Positions 20,869-31,267 are shown, numbered from the stretch's first letter. The stretch: 64,000 nt of DNA from Armatimonadota bacterium (GCA_963677485.1 OY781964.1:4576001-4640000); one strand, 5' to 3'. Translations and numbers: made by a program. Notes: generated by a model not told the origin, from the sequence alone.

Positions 20869-23800
20869 TTACAACTCCATTTTGACGCTGTTAAGAGATT
20901 TACTTATCTTGTCGATCGTTTCTAGTATGTGCATTTTCGTGAAGGCGTTCAGAGGAGCTTGGTTGATCGCCTTGAGTGCGCTGAGTATCTCCTTGAGCTT
21001 GGCTCTGCAGATGATCCGGCTGTCGACCGTCAAGCCGGTGGTTTCCTTGCTGGCTAGTGCAATAAGTCTGCCAAACCAGGCTTGTTGGAGCATGGCCCGC
21101 AGTTCAGTTACATTTCGTCCAGCGCGAAGCTCAGTGCATATATTGTTGTCAAGTGTGGTGATCAGTTCCATCACGTTGAATACATTCGCCTTAGGTGCTT
21201 GCTTGAAAGCATTATTGGATATCTTGCTGAGCACATCCGGTTGGGTCATCGCATTCAACACGGTGATCTGTGTGCTGCTAAGCTGGTCACGAACAGGCTG
21301 ATCCCACCTGTATGCGGGCGTCGTCGCCACTTCAATGTCCACGAACGGGTTAGGTGCCAGTTTTTGGTAGATGCTAGACGGGATGAAGTCGTAGGCGTCA
21401 GCAGCCAGGCAGCCTTTGGTTATTAGCGACACAACCCTGCGCTGATCGAGGTCAGAGACTTGAGTGAGGCTGGGCTTAGAGTCCATATCCCCCTTATAGT
21501 CCCGATAGGTATGACTACCGCCCAGGAAACCGGCCAGGCTGTAAAACTGGCTGTTGTAGATGCGCAGGAAGCTAATAAACTTGCGTGTCAGTTGGTAGTA
21601 ACTCTGACCCGGCAATATCGCACTGGTCTGTAGTTTCGGGATGGTCTTCTTGCAGATCGACATCATGGTGGAATAGAAATCGATGGGGTTCTTGGCCAGG
21701 TCGAATCTGACTATATGCGGGTCCAGGTTGTCGGCCATTTCATCGCCCTGCCACTGCAAACCCGGCTTTGATGCTTCGGCCGCTATCGCCTTGAGATAGG
21801 GCAATTCGTCTGTTGGATTTTTTGCATCGTTGAATGAATAGCCATACTTGATGGCAAACATATCATATTCCCCGATGTTGTCGCTCCAATACATAGAGTT
21901 CTTGCTTATTAACGCACCGATGTTGAACGGTGTGTAGTCCATGACACTGCTTGTGATGCCGTGTATTTTCAGCCACTCAATGTCTTTGAGCTGCGTCATG
22001 GTGGGGTTAGTGGATGCAATGAAATTGTGTCGTAAACCAAGAGAGTGTCCAAACTCATGCGCCACAATGCTGCGGATATATTGCTGTACATAAGCGTCAC
22101 GGCTGATAGGTGTGGCACCATCAGCCATCATCAACTCTGAGAACTCGCTGCCCATCCAGGCGTTGAACGCACTATCATGCTGATAGCAGCAGCCATATGG
22201 ATTTCCGGTCTGTTTTGGCATGGGACTCAGTTTGGGGTCGGTGGGGACGGCACTCCCAGCGATCATGACATCAAATTCGGTGCCTGTAAATCTAACCATA
22301 TTGGCATCAATGCATATGCCTGCATTCAGTACCTCGCCGGTAATCGGATTACGCCTGAACAGCGATATGGCGTATGCCGCTTCGGGCGATGCCACCCAGC
22401 GCACGATATTGTAGCGCATATCTGCATAATCCCAGTCTGCATTATCAGGCATCTGGTTCACCACTATGGCGTCTTTGATACCGACCTGTTCAAATGCGCG
22501 GTTCCACCACTTCAAACCGGATGCTATGCTCTCACGGTATTCTGAGGGTATCGCATTATCAAGCCACCAGACAATTGGTTTAACGGGTTCACTGATGGCG
22601 GCACTGGGATCTTTCTTTTTAAGGTCCCATCGAGAGATATACCTGACCATGGCATCATCCGTGCGGCGGTTTAAGTCCTGGTATTGCGTGAAGAAATAGC
22701 CGACTCGTCCATCTGCAATTCTAGGAGTATAGTTGCTCTCTGCTAAAAAGAAGAGGTTCCAGCAAATATTGATCGGTATGCTTCGCGGATCATATAGCGG
22801 GTTGCTGTTATATCCACTCATTGAACTAGTTTCCGGACCATCTTTCGACAGCTTCTGCATGTTGATGAGTGATTCCGCCACTATATTGTCAGGAAACACT
22901 TTCAGGTTCTTGATGTAACTCTTCTCACGGTCGATGCTGTAAGCACCTTGATTCAAGCTGGCGGTGGAACTTGTGATATCCGCTAAATCCGACAGAAATA
23001 TGTCCGATATGTTGATCAATAAAGTTTTACGTTCGTCGCTCTTTGCTTCTATCTTGAACGACTGGATGTAGGATCCGGGGAAGGCTCGATCGGCTGCTTT
23101 TGCCAATGGCAACGAGGGATCGACGCGGAATTTCAGATTCGGCACCACCCATACCAGCTTGTCATCTCCCAGCTTTTGCATTTCGAACATGATGTCATCT
23201 ACTGGGTAGCCTGCGACAAGAGATCCTCCGCCAGCACCGCTGCTTAGGGTGCACTGCAGGAGCAGATTCTTTCCGAGCTTCGCCTCCGGCACTTCCAGGT
23301 ATATGGTGTCTTTGTTTCCGGTCTCTGTCTTGCGATAAAGAGTCATGGCCCCATCTAGCTTTTTGAAATCCTTAGTGATCTCTTCGATGGTTTTGTCTTT
23401 TTTCTTTTCGTCAGCAGCGGTCGCAAGTTTAGCGTCGGTGCGTTCCCATTTCAACTTGGCATCCGCGACCGCGTCTCCACCCATGGGGAAGTTCGTGATC
23501 ACCACATCAAGCTTGATGATATCGCCACTTGATGCTTCGATGACCATGTCACCCTGGTAGCTGATGGGTTTGTTGCCAGATTCCGTGTATTTATACTTCA
23601 GTTGTACCGCTGGGATATCTCCCTGCTTCGCGGTATCAACGACTTCATACTCCGATGTGGCGGCCACTGAACCAGGCAGCAGACCGGCCTTGAGTTCCTT
23701 TTTCCACTTCAACCCCTTCACAATAGGTTTATCTGTAAAAATCGGCTGAAGGGCTAGTGCCTTGCGGGCTTGGATGGCCTTAGCCTGGTCGTTCATATCG

Positions 23801-24234
23801 CCGTAGCCTTCCCAGCTGGCCGAGACGAAGGTTCCATCGCGTTTGATGACAGTCATCGCCTTCTGCACCGGTGCATCGTCCTTCTGGGGTACCTTTTCGC
23901 CATTGACAGTCATCTGCACATTTTCGGATGTCGTCGTCCTGCTGATATCTCCGCCTTCGGCGACCGCCGTGACCAGGCGCACGATATCGTAGTGGTTCTC
24001 AATCGTGGCTTTGCCCTCAGGTGTATCTTGCGTGATCGTCAGCTCTGTCTTATACACCGTGCGCCAATTCGGTGCGTACTTATGGATCAACACAAGCGAG
24101 GTGGGCTGATCAGGCTTAGCATCTTTTGTGGCAGCCACCGGTTTAGCAGGTGCCGCCGGTTTAGGTGCCGGTTTGGCGGATACCAGGGAGCAGGCCATCA
24201 CGATGGCACAGGAGACGGCGAAAAGTGACTTCAT
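20869..24234 (-). CDS. Secreted zinc-dependent metalloprotease (EcxA/DUF4953-DUF5117 type) with an extra N-terminal domain
   Basis: HEFGHSLGLRHNF metzincin motif, SSVMDY Met-turn, PRIADGRVGYF, KPIVWWLD; signal peptide. Confidence 0.9.
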   Translation of the reverse strand: MKSLFAVSCAIVMACSLVSAKPAPKPAAPAKPVAATKDAKPDQPTSLVLIHKYAPNWRTVYKTELTITQDTPEGKATIENHYDIVRLVTAVAEGGDISRTTTSENVQMTVNGEKVPQKDDAPVQKAMTVIKRDGTFVSASWEGYGDMNDQAKAIQARKALALQPIFTDKPIVKGLKWKKELKAGLLPGSVAATSEYEVVDTAKQGDIPAVQLKYKYTESGNKPISYQGDMVIEASSGDIIKLDVVITNFPMGGDAVADAKLKWERTDAKLATAADEKKKDKTIEEITKDFKKLDGAMTLYRKTETGNKDTIYLEVPEAKLGKNLLLQCTLSSGAGGGSLVAGYPVDDIMFEMQKLGDDKLVWVVPNLKFRVDPSLPLAKAADRAFPGSYIQSFKIEAKSDERKTLLINISDIFLSDLADITSSTASLNQGAYSIDREKSYIKNLKVFPDNIVAESLINMQKLSKDGPETSSMSGYNSNPLYDPRSIPINICWNLFFLAESNYTPRIADGRVGYFFTQYQDLNRRTDDAMVRYISRWDLKKKDPSAAISEPVKPIVWWLDNAIPSEYRESIASGLKWWNRAFEQVGIKDAIVVNQMPDNADWDYADMRYNIVRWVASPEAAYAISLFRRNPITGEVLNAGICIDANMVRFTGTEFDVMIAGSAVPTDPKLSPMPKQTGNPYGCCYQHDSAFNAWMGSEFSELMMADGATPISRDAYVQQYIRSIVAHEFGHSLGLRHNFIASTNPTMTQLKDIEWLKIHGITSSVMDYTPFNIGALISKNSMYWSDNIGEYDMFAIKYGYSFNDAKNPTDELPYLKAIAAEASKPGLQWQGDEMADNLDPHIVRFDLAKNPIDFYSTMMSICKKTIPKLQTSAILPGQSYYQLTRKFISFLRIYNSQFYSLAGFLGGSHTYRDYKGDMDSKPSLTQVSDLDQRRVVSLITKGCLAADAYDFIPSSIYQKLAPNPFVDIEVATTPAYRWDQPVRDQLSSTQITVLNAMTQPDVLSKISNNAFKQAPKANVFNVMELITTLDNNICTELRAGRNVTELRAMLQQAWFGRLIALASKETTGLTVDSRIICRAKLKEILSALKAINQAPLNAFTKMHILETIDKISKSLNSVKMEL

Positions 24235-24337
24235 CTAGAAACCCCTCAATATGAGTTTGGGTGAATTGTTACATAGAAATGCTCTGTGCTTTATGTTACC
24301 GCGGAGAGGTGTTTGTAGACAACATGCCACGTCCAGG

Positions 24338-25396
24338 CTATACCTGATCGGTGTGCTGCCTTCGAAGTTGCCCACAGGCCGCGGCGATATCTGCACCACG
24401 CTCCTGCCGGATAGTGGTTGGGATGCCATGCGACTGCAGGTTTAACTGGAAGCTTAATGCCGATTTGGCTGACGGACTTCGAAACTGCGACATGCTGTCC
24501 ACAGTATTCCACGGGATGATATTCACATTGCCTATCCATCCGTGCAGCCGTCTGGCCAGTTGGTCTGCTTGCTGAGGGGAGTTGTTCACTCCATCGATTA
24601 GTAGGTATTCAATGGTCACCTTACGGCCGGTCTGTTCAGTGTAGTATCGTCCAGCATCCAGAACCTCAGATATGCTCCAACGTTTCGCTATCGGTATGAT
24701 TTCAGCCCGGGTCGCATCATCGGGAGCATGTAGAGAGATGGCCAAAGTAAATCGAGGCGACATATCTGCCAGCTCCCGCATCACAGGCACTATACCAACG
24801 GTGCTGACCGTGATGGAACGCTCACTGATGCCGACCTGCTGGTTCAGTATTTCAATGCTTGCTAATACTGCAGATAAGTTCCAAAGCGGTTCGCCCATGC
24901 CCATATAGACGACGTGAGAGATGCGTTCACCGGTGATCTGCTGTATCGACAGAACTTGATCAATGATCTCTCCCTGTGTCAGATTTCGGAGAAATCCCGA
25001 CTGGCCTGTTGCGCAGAAACGACAACCGGCGGCACATCCCACTTGTGTGCTGACGCAAACTGAGTGCCGGTCGTGATAGGGGAGGTAGACCGATTCGACA
25101 TTCGCCTTGTCCGCCAACCCAAATAGAAACTTGCGTGTTCCGTCGGTGGCTTGCTGGCTGTCGATCACCTGCAGCCTGTCGATGGAGGCGGTCTGTTTGA
25201 GTTTCTGTCGTAGTAATGCAGGAAGGTTAGTCATCGCATCAAAGTCACTAACCTGGCCGTTGTATATCCACTGGGCGAGTTGTTTGGCGCGGTACGCTGG
25301 CTCAGCAAGCTGTAAGCAAAACTCGCTAAGCTGGTTGAGTGAGTATCCGAAGAGGTTGTATTGCATCAGAAAGGTGAGGTGCCTGCGTTCAAACAC
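24338..25396 (-). CDS. rlmN: 23S rRNA m2A2503 / tRNA radical SAM methyltransferase
   Basis: CVSTQVGCAAGCRFC, MGMGEP, SLHAP, AACGQL. Confidence 0.96.
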   Translation of the reverse strand: MFERRHLTFLMQYNLFGYSLNQLSEFCLQLAEPAYRAKQLAQWIYNGQVSDFDAMTNLPALLRQKLKQTASIDRLQVIDSQQATDGTRKFLFGLADKANVESVYLPYHDRHSVCVSTQVGCAAGCRFCATGQSGFLRNLTQGEIIDQVLSIQQITGERISHVVYMGMGEPLWNLSAVLASIEILNQQVGISERSITVSTVGIVPVMRELADMSPRFTLAISLHAPDDATRAEIIPIAKRWSISEVLDAGRYYTEQTGRKVTIEYLLIDGVNNSPQQADQLARRLHGWIGNVNIIPWNTVDSMSQFRSPSAKSALSFQLNLQSHGIPTTIRQERGADIAAACGQLRRQHTDQV

Positions 25397-25410
25397 CTCA
25401 CCGTAAATAC

Positions 25411-26049
25411 CTACTTGGCTGGAGTGTTCAGTCTTTTTAATACGGGGTCAGTGATATCAATAGCCCCGTAAACTACGTTTTGAGGGTTCATGCTGAAGAC
25501 TAAGTTAATCTTTTGCTCTTTTGCGACAGAAGCAACTGCTACTTTAATGTCAGCAATCAGTGCGAGTCTTTTCTCATCTCGCATGCGAAGAATCGACTGG
25601 TTGGCGTCAGTCATCATTTGTTTGAAGGTGTTTTCATTGTTCGCAGCCTGAGCCCGCATCGTATCGAACTTCGTCTTTTCGTCGGCTGTCATCGCCTGAC
25701 CCTTCGCGGCCAGTACGTTGAAATCAGCAACAAACTGCGTGGCTTTTGCTTCAAGCTCGGTAGATCGCTTTTTCTGAGCGTCATCCTTAGTGGCGGATGT
25801 GACGATCTTGGCGTATTCATCAATCTCTTCGGGAGTGAGCACCAATACTTTTTGCAATGAGTCGAAATTGGCAGTGACCTGATCGTTTTTAGCCTTCAGT
25901 TCCGCCTCCATCGTCTCGCGTTTGGAATATCCATTGATAGCTTTTTCCATATCAATGACGCCGAATACTGCCGATTGGGCAAAACTGGGGATTGAAATCG
26001 CCATCAAAGCGACAGCGATTAGGAGAGCGTGACGCATCATGCGGATCAT
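25411..26049 (-). CDS. OmpH/Skp family periplasmic chaperone
   Basis: Signal peptide, GVIDM, long coiled coil, DITDPVLKRLN; GGAGG RBS before ATG 26049. Confidence 0.85.
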   Translation of the reverse strand: MIRMMRHALLIAVALMAISIPSFAQSAVFGVIDMEKAINGYSKRETMEAELKAKNDQVTANFDSLQKVLVLTPEEIDEYAKIVTSATKDDAQKKRSTELEAKATQFVADFNVLAAKGQAMTADEKTKFDTMRAQAANNENTFKQMMTDANQSILRMRDEKRLALIADIKVAVASVAKEQKINLVFSMNPQNVVYGAIDITDPVLKRLNTPAK

Positions 26050-26139
26050 ACAGGTTCCTCCAAATGTCATTACCGGTGCATGTTACCATTCACCATAATA
26101 CGTGACAGATGGCAATATAACAAGGTTACGCGGGGTTTC

Positions 26140-26168
26140 TTGACTTTGCTTACCATAGAAAGTATTAT
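26140..26168 (+). promoter_or_regulatory. Sigma70 promoter for the small basic ORF
   Basis: TTGACT (26140-45), 17 nt, TATTAT (26163-68). Confidence 0.65.
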
Positions 26169-26211
26169 AGATAGTGTCAGATACGCATGATCACACCGGA
26201 TGGAGTCAGTA

Positions 26212-26328
26212 ATGCAGGGTAAAACCAAAATTCTTCGTGTCCGTCACAAACGGCAACTGGAGATTCAGAAGGCTCGCAAGCGTGCAGGTACCATCGCCAA
26301 AAAGGCAATGAACAAGCACCTGAAGTAG
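26212..26328 (+). CDS. 38-aa highly basic small protein (not in the ORF track)
   Basis: MQGKTKILRVRHKRQLEIQKARKRAGTIAKKAMNKHLK; GGAG RBS, upstream promoter, downstream terminator. Confidence 0.8.
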   Translation: MQGKTKILRVRHKRQLEIQKARKRAGTIAKKAMNKHLK

Positions 26329-26336
26329 CAGAATTT

Positions 26337-26372
26337 GGGGAGGCGATGTTAATTCATCGCCTCCCCGGTTTT
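26337..26372 (+). terminator. Intrinsic terminator, possibly bidirectional
   Basis: GGGGAGGCGATG-ttaatt-CATCGCCTCCCC followed by ggtttt. Confidence 0.8.
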
Positions 26373-27233
26373 TCAAGCTATCCGAAGGTCAAGCCCGATA
26401 TCGCAAGCTATTGCAGAGTGGGTGAGAGCCCCAACTGAAATGATGTCTACCCCAGTTTCAGCAATGGACCACACCGTCTTCAGATTCACACCGCCAGATG
26501 CCTCCAGCTTGCAGCGTCCGTTCACGTATGCCACACACGCCTTCATCTGCGGGAGGCTCATGTTGTCCAGCATGATGATATCGGCCTTTGAGCTTAGCGC
26601 CTCAGTCACCTGATCAAATGTGTCACACTCCACCTCGATGGTCATCGTATGGGGTATGTTTTCTTTTGCACGATTGACCGCGGCGGTGATGCTGCCGGCG
26701 GCAACTATGTGGTTGTCTTTGATCATCACTGCGTCATACAAAGCCATTCGATGGTTGCTTGCCCCGCCAACGCGCACAGCGTATTTTTCAAGGTTGCGCA
26801 ACCCGGGAGTGGTCTTGCGGGTATCACAAATCTGAGCATTTGTGGAAGCCACGGCCTGAACGTATTGCTGCGTCATGCTGCTGATGCCGCTTAACCGCTG
26901 CATGAAATTCAATGAGACTCGCTCACCAGTCAGCAGGCTGCGCGCCCTTCCTGAGATCCGAGCCAATACTGCACCTTTATAAAACACCGCACCGTCTGAC
27001 AGAACTGCTTCTACCAACACATCCGGGTCGATTTGCTTAAACACTTCGTGGACAAGGGGAATGCCACATAGTATGCCGGATTGTTTGGCAATGTAAATGC
27101 CTTCAGCCATAGTATCTTCATCTACTGTAGTGAGTGTGCTGATATCACCAGGCCCAACATCTTCAAGAAGGGCTAAACTTACTATCCGAGAAACTTCAAA
27201 TTGACCAGGCGGAATAATCCAAGCCCTACTCAT
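26373..27233 (-). CDS. nadC: Quinolinate phosphoribosyltransferase (start moved to ATG 27233)
   Basis: EDVGPGDIST, ERVSLN, DTRKTTPG, IKDNH, EVECD, LDNM, EASGG. Confidence 0.96.
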   Translation of the reverse strand: MSRAWIIPPGQFEVSRIVSLALLEDVGPGDISTLTTVDEDTMAEGIYIAKQSGILCGIPLVHEVFKQIDPDVLVEAVLSDGAVFYKGAVLARISGRARSLLTGERVSLNFMQRLSGISSMTQQYVQAVASTNAQICDTRKTTPGLRNLEKYAVRVGGASNHRMALYDAVMIKDNHIVAAGSITAAVNRAKENIPHTMTIEVECDTFDQVTEALSSKADIIMLDNMSLPQMKACVAYVNGRCKLEASGGVNLKTVWSIAETGVDIISVGALTHSAIACDIGLDLRIA

Positions 27234-27898
27234 GATCGGGTGACCTCCAAGATGCCATCTATAGCGATTAATAATGGGAAAGGATCTGAAACATGGGGCG
27301 GGATATCCAGTGATAGCCGATATTGGGCATGACCATCTGGAAGACGGTTCAGTTGTTTCCACGACTGTACATGAAATCCTATGGCCTTCAGTTGGTCATT
27401 CATATCTTGCAGTGAGCCAACGACGTCGACGACAACCACCACATCAGCATGGTTTGTTTTGAGAATCCTTCGCTCAAGAATAGTCGCACTTGTCAGTGTT
27501 CCGACTGCCAATACAGAGCCGACTAGAGCAAATAGGTAATAATGAGTGCCAAATCCACAGGCTAGGCCCACGGCAGCACTCACCCACATACTGGCGGCAG
27601 TGGTAAGTCCTCTGACTTCCACACCCTGGTGTATGATGGTGCCAGCACCGAGGAAGCCGATACCAGTTACAACTTGCGCAGCGATGCGAGTGGGGTCAGC
27701 AGCCGATCCAGCCGCTTCATGGGACACAGTCGCAAACATCGCTGCACCCAGCGCCAATAGGATGTGAGTGCGTAAACCGGCAGGGCGATTGGTCAGCTCT
27801 CGATTGAGACCGATCATGCCACCTAATAGCGCAGCCACGAATAAGTTGACTAAGTTCATTTCGTCCATAAATACATAGTACCTCTGACCTACTGCCAT
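27230..27898 (-). CDS. MgtC/SapB family membrane protein
   Basis: AGLRTH, DPTRIAAQVVTGIGFLGAG, GLTTAA. Confidence 0.93.
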   Translation of the reverse strand: MAVGQRYYVFMDEMNLVNLFVAALLGGMIGLNRELTNRPAGLRTHILLALGAAMFATVSHEAAGSAADPTRIAAQVVTGIGFLGAGTIIHQGVEVRGLTTAASMWVSAAVGLACGFGTHYYLFALVGSVLAVGTLTSATILERRILKTNHADVVVVVDVVGSLQDMNDQLKAIGFHVQSWKQLNRLPDGHAQYRLSLDIPPHVSDPFPLLIAIDGILEVTRS

Positions 27899-28061
27899 TG
27901 TGTAGATACAAAGGGTAAACTGAATTGCTGACCGTAAATAATGGCTGTATAAGCAAAATACTGGGTTTTACGCATACCACTTGACAAAACCCCCTGATGC
28001 AGGATACAGTTTATGGCGGTCTCTATCAGTTTCGGCTGGATAGATACAATAGACATAAGAG

Positions 28062-28988
28062 GTGGAATTCATAGCAGCAGCATCCAAAAATAGTGTTCCA
28101 ACGCGGTGTGGTTTTGCCACGATCGTTGGAAAGCCCAACGTAGGCAAATCTACGCTCATCAATGCACTCATGGGCATCAAAGTGGCACCGACGACCAATC
28201 GTCCGCAAACAACCCGTCGATCTGTCAGAGGTATACTTACTGATGGCACCCAACAGGTGATCTTTGTGGATACGCCCGGATGGAGTCGACCTACTGATCT
28301 TCTCGGCAGCTATATGAGAGGGCAGATCACAGAGTCGATTCAAGATGTCGATGCGCTACTATGGGTGGTTGATTTGCGAAAACCTCCAGGTGAAGAAGAT
28401 GCCGCTGTGGCACAAATGCTGCAGCACATGATTGAAAATGTGCTGATTGTTGGGAACAAACTGGACGCTGCAAAACGGCCGATGGATGCAGAAGCCGCTT
28501 ATCGGGCACTCATGCCTGATACGGTGCCTTATATCGCCATTTCTGCTTTGAAAGACGCCAAGTCGGTCAATAGGCTAAAAGCGATGGTCTTTGGGTTGAT
28601 GCCTGAAGGGCCGCTGCTCTACCCTGACGACATGAAATCGGACCAGAGCCGCACAGACTGGGCTGAGGACATCATCCGTGAGCGTCTGATGACTAACCTG
28701 GACGACGAATTACCATATTCAGTGGCCGTCAAGATCGCTGAATGGACAGAACGTGAAAATGGCATGCAGTTCATCGATGCTGTCGTCATTGTAGAACGCG
28801 AAACACACAAGGGCATCGTGGTTGGAAAACACGGTCAGATGTTGAAAGTGGTGGGTTCTGAAGCCAGAGAGCAACTGGAAATCATGCTGAATACTCGCAT
28901 CTTCCTTCAGCTTGAGGTGATGGTGATGGATGACTGGCGTCGTGATGAACGAAGCATGGGAAAACTGGGATACGGCCTTTCCGAATAG
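28062..28988 (+). CDS. era: GTPase Era
   Basis: GKPNVGKST, PQTTR, DTPG, NKLD, ELPYS, KH domain GIVVGKHG. Confidence 0.96.
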   Translation: MEFIAAASKNSVPTRCGFATIVGKPNVGKSTLINALMGIKVAPTTNRPQTTRRSVRGILTDGTQQVIFVDTPGWSRPTDLLGSYMRGQITESIQDVDALLWVVDLRKPPGEEDAAVAQMLQHMIENVLIVGNKLDAAKRPMDAEAAYRALMPDTVPYIAISALKDAKSVNRLKAMVFGLMPEGPLLYPDDMKSDQSRTDWAEDIIRERLMTNLDDELPYSVAVKIAEWTERENGMQFIDAVVIVERETHKGIVVGKHGQMLKVVGSEAREQLEIMLNTRIFLQLEVMVMDDWRRDERSMGKLGYGLSE

Positions 28989-29011
28989 ATAACAACGGAG
29001 AGTTTACATAT

Positions 29012-31246
29012 ATGGCTAAGAAACTGATAATCGTGGAATCGCCTGCCAAGACGAAAACACTCAAGAATTTCCTTTCAGACGAGTATGTCGTGGAAGCCTC
29101 AATGGGGCATGTCCGTGACCTGCCGGAGAAGCGGCTGGGAGTTGATGTAGAGAACAACTTCGAGGCGGAATATGAGAACCTTGATAGTCGATCGACTGTT
29201 CTGACCACTTTACGACGTGCCGTCAAAGGTGCTGACGAAGTCTTCCTGGCAAGCGACCCTGACCGTGAAGGTGAGGCGATTGCCTGGCACCTCCAGCAGG
29301 CATTGAAGCTAAAATCGCCCAAGCGCATTGAGTTTAATGAGATCACACGCAGTGCGGTGATCTCCGCACTTGAGAACCCTCGTGAGATCAATATGGACCG
29401 CGTCGACGCTCAGCAGGCCCGGCGTATCCTAGACCGGATCGTGGGTTATAAACTCAGCCCTTTGCTTTGGAAAAAGGCGCGACGGAATAACCTCTCGGCA
29501 GGCCGAGTTCAGAGCGTAGCCGTGAAGCTGGTGGTCATCAGGGAACGCGAAATCCAGGCATTCGTGCCCCAGGAATACTGGTCGGTAACTGCTAAGCTTA
29601 GCCCAGATGGAGAGACCCAAACATTTGATGCTCACCTGCGTATGTATCGCGGTGAGAAGCTTGAACTCGTCAGCCAGGAGCAGACTGACAAAGTATTGTC
29701 CGACCTGCACGATGCAGAATACCGTGTAGCCGAAATCCGCAAGTCTCAGCGCAAGCGAAAACCGAGTGCTCCCTTCATCACCAGCACGTTGCAACAGGAA
29801 GCGGCCCGCAAACTGGGTTACAGTGCGCGCCGCACGATGCAGATAGCTCAACAGCTGTATGAAGGAATCGAACTGGGCGCGCAGGGTTCGGTTGGTATGA
29901 TCACTTATATGAGAACTGACTCCACACGTGTCAGTAATGAAGCTCAGGTTCAAGCACGGGAGTATATTAAAAGCACATTTGGTGCCCAATATATGCCGAA
30001 GACGGCTCCGATATACAAAACCAAAGCCTCTGCGCAGGACGCGCACGAAGCGGTTCGTCCGACGAGTGTATTGCGTACACCCGATGAAGTAAAGCAGTAT
30101 ATGAATGCTGAGCAGATGAAGCTTTATCGGTTGATTTGGATGCGGTTCCTGGCCAGCCAGATGTCCGAATCGATCATGGATGTTGTGTCGGTTGACATAC
30201 TAGCCAATGAATATCTTTTCCGTGCCACCGGCAGCACGATGAAGTTTGAAGGCTTCATGAAAGTGTATATCGAAGGCACTGACAACAACGATAAAAATGA
30301 AGATGACGGTCCCGCATTACCGGAACTCAGCGAGAAGCAGCTACTGCAGCTTCTGACACTGCTGCCTGTACAGCATTTTACTGAACCACCGCCCCGATAT
30401 AGTGAGGCCACTTTGGTGAAGGCACTAGAGGAAAACGGGATAGGACGGCCCAGCACCTACGCCAGCATTTTGGGTGCGATCGTCGACCGAAAGTATGTCA
30501 CCCTGGCCCAAAAGCGGTTCACTCCGACGGCACTCGGCGACGCGGTGACCGACTATCTCGGCATGTTCTTTTTAGATGTGATGGATATTCAGTTCACCGC
30601 TAATATCGAGAAGGAGCTTGACAATGTAGAGATCGGTCAGCAGAGCTGGCGGTCTGTATTGGCTTCTTTCTACGGACCTTTTGAGACACATCTAAAAGAG
30701 TGCGAAGAGAGCCCGGAGAGGGTTCGGATTATCCCCAAGGAAACCCCGTACATCTGCCCGAATTGCGGCGGTAAAATGCTGCTGCGTGAAGGCCGATTTG
30801 GACCATTCCTGGGATGCGAGAAATATCCCGAGTGCACAACCATCATGAAAGTGACCGCAACGGGGGAACCGGCTCCGCCCGACCGCCCAAGCGATCAGGT
30901 TTGTGAAAAGTGCGGTTCGCCGATGGTGATCCGTTATGGTAAATACGGCGACTTCCTTGCCTGCAGTGCCACAGGATGCCGGACACGCCGACCACTCGAC
31001 TCTGGGATTGAAGTGCCCTGTCCGAAGTGCGGAAAAGGCCATATCGTTAGAAAACGCAGCAAGCGTGGCCGCTACCTTTACGGTTGCGATACCTACCCGG
31101 ATTGTGAATTCGTGGTATGGAGCAAGCCGACGGGGGATATGTGTCCAAACTGCAACTCGCTGCTGGTTGAGAAAACCGCCAGAGGACAGGCGCCTACAAT
31201 CATCTGCAGCAATGCTGAGTGCGGATACGAAAAAGAGACCGAATAG
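29012..31246 (+). CDS. topA: DNA topoisomerase I with C-terminal zinc ribbons
   Basis: IVESPAK, SDPDREGEAIAWH, SAGRVQS, ITYMRTDS, GIGRPSTY, four C4 ribbons. Confidence 0.98.
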   Translation: MAKKLIIVESPAKTKTLKNFLSDEYVVEASMGHVRDLPEKRLGVDVENNFEAEYENLDSRSTVLTTLRRAVKGADEVFLASDPDREGEAIAWHLQQALKLKSPKRIEFNEITRSAVISALENPREINMDRVDAQQARRILDRIVGYKLSPLLWKKARRNNLSAGRVQSVAVKLVVIREREIQAFVPQEYWSVTAKLSPDGETQTFDAHLRMYRGEKLELVSQEQTDKVLSDLHDAEYRVAEIRKSQRKRKPSAPFITSTLQQEAARKLGYSARRTMQIAQQLYEGIELGAQGSVGMITYMRTDSTRVSNEAQVQAREYIKSTFGAQYMPKTAPIYKTKASAQDAHEAVRPTSVLRTPDEVKQYMNAEQMKLYRLIWMRFLASQMSESIMDVVSVDILANEYLFRATGSTMKFEGFMKVYIEGTDNNDKNEDDGPALPELSEKQLLQLLTLLPVQHFTEPPPRYSEATLVKALEENGIGRPSTYASILGAIVDRKYVTLAQKRFTPTALGDAVTDYLGMFFLDVMDIQFTANIEKELDNVEIGQQSWRSVLASFYGPFETHLKECEESPERVRIIPKETPYICPNCGGKMLLREGRFGPFLGCEKYPECTTIMKVTATGEPAPPDRPSDQVCEKCGSPMVIRYGKYGDFLACSATGCRTRRPLDSGIEVPCPKCGKGHIVRKRSKRGRYLYGCDTYPDCEFVVWSKPTGDMCPNCNSLLVEKTARGQAPTIICSNAECGYEKETE

Positions 31247-31267
31247 TCACACTGCAGTCAATCGAAT

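Noticed and set aside
26373-27362. Long N-terminal extension of nadC in the ORF track
   Set aside because: It overlaps mgtC; ATG 27233 gives a normal length, an ATGA overlap and a GGAGG RBS
29429-30046. Long antisense or alternate-frame ORFs (also 49798-50445, 53496-54254, 45099-45836, 57401-58006)
   Set aside because: They are shadows of well-supported genes on the opposite strand, with no motifs of their own
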